Assembly: GCF_011386835.1 (NCBI RefSeq)
Contig: NC_088795.1
Span: 120,218,001 to 120,282,000, forward strand
Origin: Chrysemys picta bellii
Lineage: Eukaryota
DNA: 64,000 nucleotides
Reading direction: 5' to 3'
The translations under genes and the position numbers were made by a program. The notes under the pieces were generated by a model, which worked only from the letters and a program-made list of their open reading frames with translations, was not told where the DNA came from and made no database searches. Shown here piece after piece: positions 26,103-38,200 of the stretch (the first letter of the stretch is position 1; every line of letters begins with the position of its first letter).

Positions 26103-26314
26103 TTGTAAAAAGCAACAGAGGGTCCTGTGGCACCTTTAAGACTAACAGAAGTATTGGAGCATAAGCTTTCGTGGGTGAATGCCCACTTCATCAGATGCAA
26201 GTGGGCATTCACCCACAAAAGCTTATGCTCCAATACTTCTGTTAGGCTTAAAGGTGCCACAGGGCCCTCTGTTGCTTTTTACAGATTCAGACTAACACGG
26301 CTACCCCTCTGATA
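26103..26314. mobile_element. Short palindromic Penelope-derived insertion with canonical hammerhead core
   Basis: Near-perfect arms of about 85 bp (26104-26188 and 26199-26283). Tail cagactaacacggctacccctct. 12-bp TSD ctatttttgcat at 26091-26102 and 26315-26326. Confidence 0.85.
26159..26198 (-). ncRNA. Putative minimal type I hammerhead ribozyme
   Basis: Minus strand reads GCAT-CTGATGA-A-GTGGG-cattca-CCCAC-GAAA-GCTT-ATGC. Confidence 0.72.
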
Positions 26315-28258
26315 CTATTTTTGCATCGGTATACCTGGGTATAAAATTTTACAGGTAATGACACAGTTTAAGATTTCAGGAATGTGGTTCCATTTTGAAA
26401 AGTGACTCTCTAAATTTCCTCATGAGATTTCATGTTCCTCTCTCATTATTTCCGTATCTAATTTGCTTTGTTTACAAGTCAAAAGATGTATTTTTTTAAG
26501 CTAACAGTCCAATGAAGTCAGGCTGGCATCTGAGAGTCAAGCTTGGTTCTTTCTTTCTGAGCATTGGACTAGTGATTCATCCCAGAATTAAAGTTTTGTT
26601 TGTTTGCTTGTGATGAGGGGATTTCCTCTAGGAGAGATCCAGTTTTATCCTATATTCCAAGGACCTGAGCACAGCTCTGTCCACAGCTAATTCATACGAA
26701 TGTTCCAGTTGACATAATGTGAGAGAATGATGGGAAGTGATACATAGTGCCACTCTTCCAGGGACTGAACATGCTGAACTGGAAGGCTGGTCCCAGCCTC
26801 TATAAGTGTTTGTAAGAAGGGGCACCATGTTGCTCTATCATTGGACATTGAAGCTGGAACTCCATATTTAAATTTTCACTTAAATCCTAACATAGACACC
26901 TCCATCCACTGAACTCCCTCTCTTCCCCGCATCAAAATAAACCCAAGTATTAAACCACCCCAAGTAGAGTTTTTTTCCCCCAAAAGGAAGGAGAGCCAGA
27001 GATCCCATTAAGTCCATTAGGAACTTTGCTATTGTTATTGATTTTAGATGAAAGGCACTCAGATACTGCGGTTATGGGCAGCAATATAAAACCCTAAAAT
27101 AGAAAGATAGCTAATCCAACTGTGAATCAAAATGATAAAACATTATATATATAAAATATTATACAAATATAATTTCATATGGCACTTGCATCTGGTTCTG
27201 ATTTAATATACATGATGGAAAGCTTCTTCAGTTATTTCTTTCTTAGCATTTTGTGTATCTCTCTGTTAAACCAGTAACTCATTCCAATACAATGTTTTTT
27301 CCCCCTGTGTTTGTCACTTTCTGAGAGTAGAAATAACTCCTCCATTTGCCAGTTATTTCTTAGTTTTTACACTTGCCTGAAGTTGTTTGGCTAACATGCC
27401 CTTGGAAAACCTGGCATGTTCTATTTCAGCATCTCTTATAGATTTTTTTTATCTCATTTGATCTGTAGAGATATACCATCACTTTAATCTAAGTTCTTAT
27501 CAAAATAATTGTTGGCACTTTCTGTGGGATGATCCACACACAGCACTCTGGGTTTAGGGTCCGTGGCAAATATGATGGAAACTATTGAACATGAATTGCT
27601 TACCTTGCTTAATTTAACATCTCTCATTTGAAACATTTTTGTAACAATTCAAGAGTGATTGCAAGAGATTTTCCACTTGTTCATACAAAACCAATGAATA
27701 AGGGCCTATGATGACCATTTGGACTTCCATGAGATTATGCCACTTTTTTGTTTTAATCTGTACATAATGGCTGTGTGGGGCACTGCAAATCCTCTAAAAC
27801 ATGCAACATGTTAAAAATAGGCCCTCCAAAGTATGTAAGATACCTATAGCTCTGATCTAAGATACATAGATTCATGAGCAAAGTTATCATCATTATCTTC
27901 TGAACTGTGGAACTGGGGATCAGATTCTCATACTCGTACTGCAGTTTAGTAGCACCTTACTGCACAAGCAGTCCCATTGAAGTCACTGGAAGTGGAGTGA
28001 GTTACAATTCAAAGTGAGTAGGATTACCACCCTCTAGTCCTTACAAGATTTGAAACACTGTACCATATTCGCCAATTGTGTATGAATTAAAGGGAAGAAA
28101 AGCTGCAAAATGTGTTGCTAGTTGTATTTATTTCAACTTGCTTACCTCACCTGCCTAATGCTTTACACATTTCCCCCTTTCCCCCCATGACTGCCCTTGC
28201 CTACCCACTGTTGTCCTGTTTGATTTCATGTCAAAAACGTTCTGTTATACTTCCTGAC

Positions 28259-28534
28259 TAAGGGCCTGGCTACGGTGCAACTGGAGATGTGATTGCAGCT
28301 CAAGTAGGTGAACCTGTACTAACTTTCATCTAGCTGGTTTGGCTGAAGATAGAAGTGGGCTAGGATCAGGAGTATGTACGCAGAGTTCTGGGCAAGCCTG
28401 TGCAGTCCACACTGAAATCTGCACTGCTGCGGCTTCACTGCTACTTTTAGCTGTGCTAGCTAAACTAAAGCTAGCACAGGTATGCCTCTACAAGCTGCAA
28501 TCATGCCTTCAATTGCCATGTGGACATACCCTTA
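28259..28534. mobile_element. PIF/Harbinger-like ctacac MITE relic
   Basis: Imperfect TIRs taagggcctggctac and gtggacataccctta, with internal inverted segments and TWA-like flanks. Confidence 0.5.
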
Positions 28535-29339
28535 GTGTAAGTAGCTCAGATCCTCCCTTTAAAACCTCACACTTCTCGGGTCAGTGATTGATTTTTACAG
28601 TAACTTGCTTCTTCTGAGAAATGTCATCCACTGGTATACTTTTCTGTAGAAAAATATCTTCCATCTCTTCCATGGTATGAGACAGAGGCTGAGTTTTCTG
28701 CTGACAAGACAAATTGGTACATAGTAATAATCATGGCACTGATAGCAAACTGATTATAGTATCTTCCATTAGGAGGGATCCCCAAAGCACATTACAAACT
28801 AGGGAACTGCTTCTGCATCTCTTACTTGGACAAAATTCTAATTGTGTTTTTGGGGTCTGTTCCCTCCTCCCCACCATCAATAGGAATTTTGTCCAAGTAA
28901 AGACTGCAGGATCAATGTACTCTACATACATCACAAGAGATGTAACCACCTCTGGTGTAGGAGGGCAATAACCAGTGGTGGGTGTGCAACAGTGTGTGTG
29001 GGGAGGGTACATTTTGGTCAAGCTTTCCAGGGCTAATGCATGTTCCTTCAAAAAATGTCATGGGATCTTGTAGGTATACACAGAGCAGATACAATCCCAG
29101 GGCGAAATCCTGGCCCCATTGAAGTTAGTGGCAAAAGTCCCATTGAATTAAATAGGGTCAGGATTTCCCCCGCGGCTTTTAAGATTTCATCCAAAAGATA
29201 GATACACAATAAACATTATAGGAAAAGGCATCATTGGACCCAATAAGATCCCGAGTCTATGCCCCACTGAAAGCAAAGGTAGGAATAGTTCTTTAATGGA
29301 AGAAACAATCACAAACCCAGTGTGTTTTGTTTATCTACT

Positions 29340-29445
29340 TAAGGAGGTTGGAGAGACAAGGTGGGTGAGGTAATATCTTTTTTGGACCAACTTATGTTGG
29401 TGAAAGAGACAAGCTTTTGAGTTACACAGAGTTCTTCTTAGGGAG
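29340..29445 (-). mobile_element. Penelope terminal-repeat fragment (second subfamily) with decayed hammerhead
   Basis: gagacaaggtgggtgaggtaatatcttt...agacaagcttttgagttacacagagttcttctt is similar to 34205-34300. The core is mutated. Confidence 0.65.
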
Positions 29446-30177
29446 GACGGGTTGGACTGAGCCAACTTTGACTGTGACTTAAACCTGTATTTTATATCTA
29501 AATCTTAAAACATTAAACCATCTCTCCAACCATCTCCAAAATAGATATATGCAAATGACAAAAAATATGCATTCCACTCTGTTCTACTTTTGATGTAGCT
29601 AGAAGTTTTGAGCACTGTGAAGTATCTATATTGTGGAGAGAACCTGTGCCATGTAGGAATCAATATGCAGTTATCTTGTATTAGAGTTCTGTAAGTAAAG
29701 AGCCACATTTCAGCATTTATTGTTAATTCAGTGAGGGTTTGTTAGGGTTTTTTTTTCTGAATTAAATGAAATAAGTACAGTAAGTTTATTTAAAATAACA
29801 CATACTCCAATACAGTCATTTTTATTTTGTCTTAAGCTCTTAAAAAGTGAAAATTACAACTACATAATGTTATACTTTACAGTATATTGCATTGGGGGGG
29901 AAGTCTGTCTTGTACTTACTAGCACTGAGTTGAGTAATGGCCCCACTTAGTGGAAAAAGTAGGAATTTTATGTATGTGTGAAATACTGACAACTCTCTTA
30001 GAAGTAAGCAGCTTACATAGGGAAGGTTTCAAACCTGTTTTTTTTTTTAATAACATAAACAATATACATTATTGTACCCCAAAGCCTAGTTTAGTTAGGA
30101 TTGCAATATAGCCCTGGTATCTGTGGCATCTTTGATAGAGCCGGCCACATGGACTTCGGGACCTACTTGTTGGGCCA

Positions 30178-31164
30178 GGTCACGGGGTTGATACACCCGC
30201 CACCCTTTGGGACGTGGGCGGGGTGCATTACAGCCCCGCAGTAGCATCTATAGGATTGTCCACAGTCATGGGGCTGTGTGCCCCTGAGGCCTTAGTCAGT
30301 GATGCGACTCTTGCGATCAGGGCAGTGTGGCCTAGCATCCAGAGTCAGTAATATGGCCCTGGTTATCAGGGCAGTGCAGCCTAGTGATCAGAGTCAATAA
30401 TATGGCCCCTGCTCTCAGGGTGGTGTGGCCTAGTGGCCAGAGTCAATAGTGCTAGTGAGCTGGCCCGCCCTCTCCACCAGGTTCCAAACCAGCGCCCCGT
30501 CGGTGGTGAGGTTGCCTGCCACCCAGGGCCAGCTTTAGGACCTGCGGGGTCCGATTCCATGGTCCGGATCTTCGGTGGCACTTCAGTGGCAGGGGGTCCG
30601 CTCCTCGTCTTCTGTGGCACCGAAGGACCCACGGCCGCCAAAATGCCGCCGAAGACCCCGCGCCACCGCCGAGATGCCGCCAGAGTGGACCGCCGCTGGG
30701 TTAGCCTAAGGCGCTGGGCCCTCTTACCCACGGGGCCCAATTCCAAGGAATCGGGGGAATCGGCTTAAAGCCGGCCCTGCTGCCACCTGCTCGGCGGTAA
30801 TCCTATTGAAACACACCGAGCCTGTCTCTGGTTCTACAACCGCTTCCCCACCAAGTTTCCCTGGGTCACTTCCTACCTGACACTCTGCACTTTGCCATCT
30901 CTGGGTCTCCACAGCCTCTCCCCTCTCTGTGGCGTCCCGAGCCTGTGCATTGGGGTTCATCTCTGGTTGGCCTCCACTTCCTGGAATGCAGGCAGTCCTC
31001 CCCCAGGAGTATCAGCAGCACACCTCTTTCCTCCCCGGTAGTCAGCCCAAACTGAGTTGCTCTGCTGCTTTTTATAGCCTGTCTCCAGTTGGAGCATGCC
31101 CAGCAGAGCCGAGGGGGGCCTGGCCTCCTCAGCCAAGAGGGAGGGGTTGATACACCCCGTCACA
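30178..31164 (-). mobile_element. Probable solo LTR containing a nested MITE and internal tandem repeats
   Basis: Ends (g)gtcacggggttgatacaccc and ggggttgatacaccccgtcaca. 5-bp TSD ggcca at 30173-30177 and 31165-31169. Minus-strand TATA (tataaaa) at about 31070. Confidence 0.65.
30524..30779. mobile_element. CAGGGCCGGC-family hAT MITE nested in the solo LTR
   Basis: TIRs cagggccagcttta and taaagccggccctg. Perfect TSD ctgccacc at 30516-30523 and 30780-30787. Confidence 0.85.
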
Positions 31165-32292
31165 GGCCAGATGTAGGGATTTCCTGAAGGGAGTTTCCTT
31201 ACAGGGATTCTATTCCTTCATGCATTGAAGCACCACGATGTTAGATATCAGCAACTGCTCATCTTCCTACAGAGTTCTTTGCTGGGGTCTTGCAAGGTTC
31301 CATCCTGTCACTCCTGATTTTTAGCATGATTATATGGCTGCTGAGGGAGGTCGTGAGCTCTTTGGACTGCAGTACTATCAGAGTTGATATTCAGTTGTCT
31401 CTCTTTCATTAAACTCAGCTTTCATAGACCCTGGAAGCAGGATCTTGGATGAAAACAAGCTAGTGTAAGCTTGATGCAGACAAGGTAGCAGTGATATTAG
31501 TGGGTTACATATTAGAAACATTTGGAGGAACTGATTAGATTTGTGACTGCTGCCTCTACTTAGGGGACACAGTTTTGGATACTTAATGGGTCAATTGCCC
31601 TTCCCATGTGGTAGCAGTGGCCCAATATGCTGCTTACAGGCTGTCGCTATTCCTTTGTGACGTGGAACTCTTCACAATTATCCAAGTCTGCATCAATTCA
31701 GTGTGTGATGCTACGATGTACTATTTCCTGTTTCAGGACAACATTCCCCTTCTAGTTCCTATATCAACCAAACAGTGGAGATGGGCTGGGAATTAGGAAT
31801 CTTGATCTAAAATAAAAATAATTACATGTTTTATTTAAATCCTAACTGGGCTTTTAATCCATATGATCATATATTGCTGTAGTTGCTTTGGCTACATTAT
31901 GGTGACACCCACACTCTAAGTGAATGTAGCCTGTGATCTCTCTACTCTTATATTTTGGAGTCCCAAAAAGGGATTTCATACCCATCATAAAATATGTCAA
32001 GCTGGCCATAAATTTGGTTAAATACTGAATCTGAAATTGCATTAGCCCCAGAATAATAATTTCTGAAATATGAAAGAGTTTAAAACACATTTTTTCTGAG
32101 ACAGTAAGTCCTCAGACAGTCCCAGTCATAGCTAATATATTTAATGCAGGAAAGGAAGCCCTGTTATCATGAGCAAATCCCTAATCACACTTTGCAGCAT
32201 AATTTATTTCCATGGATGCATCCGTTTAAATGAAGACTTTGCTATCCATTTTGCAAGTGATTTAGGCAGGGCGTTTCATAGGACTTGACGGG

Positions 32293-32407
32293 TAGAGCCC
32301 TGCACAGATACAAAATTTGTATCTGCATCTGATCCACAATCCGCAAACATGGTCCGCGGACCTCTGTGAATATAAAGCAGATATCCGCAGATTTTCAAGG
32401 GTCTATT
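32293..32407. mobile_element. Small MITE relic (tagagccctg termini)
   Basis: tagagccctgcacagatacaaaatttgtatctgca...gcagattttcaagggtcta. Imperfect TIRs and an internal palindrome gatacaaaatttgtatc. Confidence 0.5.
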
Positions 32408-34204
32408 GAAGGGGACTAAATGCCGAACTCCCGCTGAAGATTCCCTTCGAACCTTGGAAAAGCTTTGAATACTTGAGAATGTTTTATGACCAGCACAGCA
32501 TATAATGTTGTTTTTTCTTATGATTCAATCAGAAATCTGAAGCGCAAGAGGAAACCAAGTGAGGTGATTGAATAACAACTATGGGAGTATGGGTCCTTTT
32601 CCGAGCTCTGTCCCATATTTACTAGGGAAGCCTAGGAAAGTTCCTTAACCAGTCTGTTCCTCTGTTTCTACTATGTAAACTAACAAAATAAGTACTTCCC
32701 TGTAACTAAGGAGTATTCTGAGGTGCTTGTATACATTTAAGTAAATAATATAGCTTCAATAAGGTGGTTCAAGTTCAGATGGAAAGTCCTAAAGAAGTGA
32801 TAGTATTATTATTAATGTGAAATAAGAGTCTCTTCTGTAGAGTCTCTGCTGTAGAGAAAATAAGTGTAAGAAAATGTCATTCTATTTAATTCCTGTTAAA
32901 TTAGTTCCCCCTGATTACGAGCCTTATCAGAGACAGAAATAGCCAGCATCCCTCAAGAACAAAGTTTAAATGAGTTAACTTAAAAACTACATTAATTCTG
33001 TCTTAGCCACCAAATGATGCAATCAAATTAAAAAATGATGTGCGCATAAATGAACTTGGTACAAATGTATTAAGTTGTTATGGCAACTGGAACACTGAAT
33101 TTAAAATTATGGATCCCAAATTCTAGCAAATATAAGTAAATGAATTTCTAAGGTAATTGGAATTTCTTTCAAAAATTATTTATGTCGGCACCATCTTTCA
33201 TGGTTACTACAGAATTGATTTGATGGCTTTCTAATGAAATCCAATTAATCAAGTAGAATGTTTTACTAGCTAATGAATTAATATCATCTTGGTATTTATC
33301 TTATAATCATCACTTACACTGTCTCCACCATTCCATTTTTCCCTCATATGATTTTATTGAACATAAATATTTTGCACGTGAGCAATTAGATTATGATTCG
33401 TTTCGTGATAACCAACATCAGATCCTTCATTTTTGGCCTTTCTTGGGATCCCGTTTAGAGTGTGTCCTCATTTCTTTCTTCTAGAGAATGCTCCTTTAGT
33501 TTAACTCTGGTGTTAGGAGTTTGTTATAGATATAGATAACAGGACTCATGGGGCCAAATCTTGAAAGCAGCTCAGTAGGGTGGATGCCCACTGGGTGCTG
33601 AGCTGTTTTGAAAATCTGGCCCATGATGTCTCTCGCCAAGGCTGGATGTGGTTATTTTAATAGGTGATCATGTTTTCCTCTATTGAATATATGAAGCCAT
33701 GGATTGTTACAGATTGGGACATGTGAACCCCAGAAGCTCAAGGATGAGTTATACTTTACCATGGGGAAGGTTGAACATGTGATGTGCGTGCATCGTTTTA
33801 TCTAACATTGATCTTAGCTAGATGGAATCAAACCAGCCCCCATCTGCATCTATGTTTCTCCTTTGAGCAGGTGGCCTGCTGGGAAGATATTGTAGGTCCT
33901 GTCACTCCTGTTAGCTAATAGAAATTCTCCTTTAATTCATATAGTGGAGGTCTGTAATTTTGGCACCGAAGGGAGTAAGATCTACTGCCATGTTACATCT
34001 ATGTGGATTATTTAATAAATGTAGCATCTGTATTTATGAACCCACATTTTATTACAGTGTCACCTACTTACTGTCTGAGTCAGAATCGTCAGTGTTCACA
34101 GTGATCCTTGTTCTTTCAGGACATCGATCTATTGATCGATCTATCGATCAATAGTACATAGTATTAAAGTCCTAGTAGTTTCACTGTTTTAATAGTTTAT
34201 AGAT

Positions 34205-34830
34205 AGATGGGGCAAGTGAGGTAATATCTTTAATTAGACCAATTTCTATTGATAAGAGAGACAAACTTTCAAGCTACACAGAGCTCTTCTTCAGGTCTGG
34301 AAAGGTACTTAGAGTGTCACAGCTAAATACAAGATCAATCATATAGTTCAGCATAAGTAGTTGGCACGTATTGTAAGGGACAATTCAAGATGAAGTGGCC
34401 CCTAACCCTCCTGGAGTCCCAGGACAAGAATGGGGGTAGTGGATTACAGATTGTTGTCATAAGCAATAAATCCAGTGTCTTTATTAAGACCATGATGTTT
34501 AGTGTCTAGCAAAGTTATGAATTTAAGCTCCCAGGTTCATTTTTTGAAAGTGTTGTGCAAGTTTCCTTTGAGGCTGAGGACTGATGGGTCAGATGTGAAA
34601 AGTGTTCACCCACAGGTGATATATGTGGTGTTTTTGTGTTTTATCATTTTCCTGTGTGAGTTCATTCGGGAGTGTAGTGATTATCTGGTTTCACCCATAT
34701 AGTTGTTATTGGTGCATTTAGTGCACTGGGTGAGGTACACCACATGTTGTGATAGGCATGTGTAGGGCCTGTGGATCTTGAAAGGTGTTTTTTGTGGATG
34801 TTGATCATTATAGCAGTGAAGATATGTTCA
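34205..34830 (-). mobile_element. Penelope-like retroelement 3' fragment (GIY-YIG endonuclease remnant and terminal repeat with hammerhead)
   Basis: Minus-strand translation FKIHRPYTCLSQHVVYLTQCTKCTNNNYMGETR*SLHSRMNSHRKMIK...WELKFITLLDTKHHGLNKD is GIY-YIG type. Hammerhead-like 40-mer at 34259-34298. Confidence 0.85.
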
Positions 34831-35018
34831 ACAGCTCCATCCAGGAGAACCATGCTGGACTTCCCTTCCATGGTACCACTTCAGCCGATGATGGATCTGC
34901 CTTCCGATGCATGGGACCTATCTGTACCAACCTCCTGTACTCCCCACACACAGGGATGAACTGAGACCTTTACTTCCCGAGGGGTATTTTTGCCTTACTG
35001 TACTTGCAATCCCCTCTT

Positions 35019-35207
35019 ATAAATAATAAATAAATTAATGGAGATATCCTATCTCCTAGAACTGGAAGGGACCTTGAAAGGTCATTGAGTCCAGCCCCCT
35101 GCCTTCACTAGCAGTACCAAGAACAGATCCCTAAGTGGCCCCCTCAAGGATTGAACTCAGAACCCTGGGTTTAGCAGGCCAATGCTCAAACCACTGAGCT
35201 ATCCCTC
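35019..35207 (-). mobile_element. Turtle tRNA-derived SINE with CR1-like 3' tail
   Basis: Minus strand head gggatagctcagtggtttgagcattggcctgctaaacccagggttctgagttcaatcc has Pol III A and B boxes, followed by a CR1-type tail and an AT-rich end. Probable TSD cccctctt. Confidence 0.85.
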
Positions 35208-35214
35208 CCCCCTC

Positions 35215-38200
35215 TTCTATCAGGTCTGGTCCTCCTCAGAGAAATCGGTACAACAGAGGAAACCATTTAGAGGAATCCATCAGAGGAAACTCCACTACAT
35301 CTACAAGTCAGAGCATTCTTCCTTCAGCACTGCCAGTAGAACATGAGCTGACTTCTGCATCAGAGTAATCTAATGTTCTGAATGAGCCTGCGCCCCCTTT
35401 GAGAGAGACCAGTCTGGACAGAACCTTTAGGAGAACTTGGAGCCATCCTCCTCTCAGACATGACAACCAAAGGGACCTTTGAAACCCAATTCTTTGAGAG
35501 CCCCCACAGCTCATTATCTCCTCATATCGGCCTTAGTTGGGACTATGGAATCCATATCCTAGACACCATGCAGGAATCGCAGTAACCATCTTCCCTAGCC
35601 AGTACCAACAGGCTCCATCAGAGTATGTGGCGGAGGCAGATCTGATGGTTCCAACGGGTTATCATCCTCTTCACCTAACGAAGCTATTGCTCAATTATCG
35701 CCATCGCCACCCATTATCCCCATCCCCACAGGCAATACCAGGAGCTTTTACAGAGGGCTGCAACCAATCTCTCTTGAGGGAGTCTGTGACATGCAGCATA
35801 GACACCTGAACATCCTTCAACCCTCTAGCCCTAGCAACATGGCTCTCCCAGTGAACAAGGCCATTATGGAATTGACTAGCCCAGTGTGGCACACTCCTGC
35901 CTCCTGTGCTCCAACCCAAAAAGGGTGGGAAAGCATTATTTTGTTCCAGCAAAAGGGGCAGAGTTCCTGTTTACCCACCCAGCACTTAATTCCTTGGTAG
36001 TACACGTAGCCACAGAGCAATCCAGATTACAGGACTCCATGTCAACCCATCTAACAAGGGTGATAAACACCTTGACCTTTTGGGGAAGAAGGTATTTTCA
36101 TCTACAAGCCTCCAATATAGAATTGCTAACTATCAGGCTCTGATAGTGAAATATTATTTCACAAATTACACTAAATTTGTGGCATTCAGAGATAAACTTT
36201 CCCAGGAGGACAGGTCCTGATTCCACCCCCTCATCAATGAAAGCAAGCTGATGGCTAAGACATTGCCACAGGCAGCAGGGGATGCAGCATGTACTGCATC
36301 TAGAGCCATTGCCCCAGCCATTGTCATGAGGTCCAAATTGTGGCTTCACTCTTTGGGCTTTCCCTGGGAGGTTCAGAATACCATTGAGGACTTACCCTGG
36401 CTGAGTCTAATCTCTTCAGTGAGAAGATCAATGAGTCATTTCATTCCCTTAACAACTCTTGGATAATCCTCCATTCCCTGGACATTTACACCCCGGCACC
36501 AAAGAGGAAACACCTCAAGCAAACTTACAAACCTAGCCCCCAGGTATTTTATCACCAGTGCCCTTACGAACTATCACATAAACAGCAGAGGGTCCAACCC
36601 CCAAATACCCCACTTCCTCCATCTCATCTGCTGCTGCTCAACCCCACCTGTCACCAAGGAGTTCATTTTGATGGGACATTCAAGAACAATGTACCTCCAT
36701 TGATGCCATTACATACTGTCTCCCAAACCTTTGGTGATCATCTCACCCTCTTTGTGCACAATTGAAGGGCAATAACAACAGACAAGTGGGTACTGAAATT
36801 CATTCACTTCAGCTATGCTATCAAGTTTCTCTCCTCTCCCCCTCGCTAATCCCCTCCTCAGCCCCTTTTTAGGGACCACTCTCACTAGGAAATTCTCCAT
36901 CAGGAGGTGGTTTCTGTCCTTCACTGAGGGACCATAGAGCAAGTGCTTCATCACCATCAAGAAAGAGGTTCTACTTTGTAGTTCCCATAAAAATGGAGGT
37001 GGGCGACCCATTCTGTATCCTCCAACAGTTAAATGTTTTTATTTACAAGTCAAAATTCTGAATGATTATGTTGGGATCAATAACCCACTCCTTAGAAGAG
37101 GGCATGGGTTGTGGCTCTTGACATGAAAGGTGCTTATTTTTGTGTAGACATTCATCAGTGCCCACAGAAGGTTCCTTGGGTTTCTGGTAAGACAAGAACA
37201 CTACTAGTTCAGAGTACTTCTGTTTGGACTAGCCACAGCGCCCTGGGTCTTCACAAAGGTCTTCTCAGTAGTGGCAGCTGAGGTGAGACAACATGGTTAC
37301 ACCATGTTCCCACACCTGGACAGTTGGCTGCTAATGGGCAAATCCAGACAGGAAGTCCAATCAGCAACCATATTTTTATTCAGTCTCCTGGCATCCTTGG
37401 GAGTCTGCATCAACAAAGAAAAGCACTTTGACTCCCACAAGCACTATATACTTTATAGAGGTGACCCTAGATTTGATCTCAGCCGTGGCCTACCGACCTA
37501 TGGAGAGATTCCATGCCATGAACAACTTGAAAAGAAAAGTCACTCTCAGTCCTCAAACCATAGTCAAGGTCTGTCTTTCCCTACTAGGACACATGACCTG
37601 GTGTACTTAAGTAACTCCGTTTGCCAGGCTCCATCTCCATAATCTGTAGGTCTAACTCTGATCTGTTTACTCTCCAGACAGAGACAACATGAACATCAAG
37701 GTAACAGTTCCCTCCAAGGCTGTTCTCTTGACCACAGCAAGTGCATGTGGGACTATCTTTCATTGCACCCACACTAAATGTGACCATTATCATGGATGCA
37801 TCCCTCATAGGATGGGGATCCCAGATGGACTCTCCAGGTTGCATATCTATCTATTAGAGCTGAGAGTAGTCCCCCTAGCCTGCAATGCACTCCTTCCACT
37901 TATTTGGTCCCACCATATCCAGGTAATATTAGATAACATAATGAGTATATTCTACATAAGCAAACCGGGTGGAGCAAGATCCCTTCTCTGTGTGTAGAGG
38001 CAGCCAACTTATGGAATGGGTGCATTAGAAACTGCAAAACACTCTTGACCACATACCTACTAGGTGCACAGAATTCTCTGGAGGACAATCAGCAGACACT
38101 TCTCCACAGACCACAAATGAGAGTTACACAGTTCCATCCTGAAAAAGATTTTCACCAATAGGGAATGCAATCCTAGGACCTGTTTGTCTCACAGACAAAC

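Noticed and set aside
30290-30450. CRISPR-like array
   Set aside because: Eukaryotic context. The units are contiguous tandem repeats without unique spacers, and there are no cas genes.
35145-35207. tRNA gene
   Set aside because: This is the tRNA-derived head of a SINE, joined to a CR1 tail. It lacks a complete acceptor stem.
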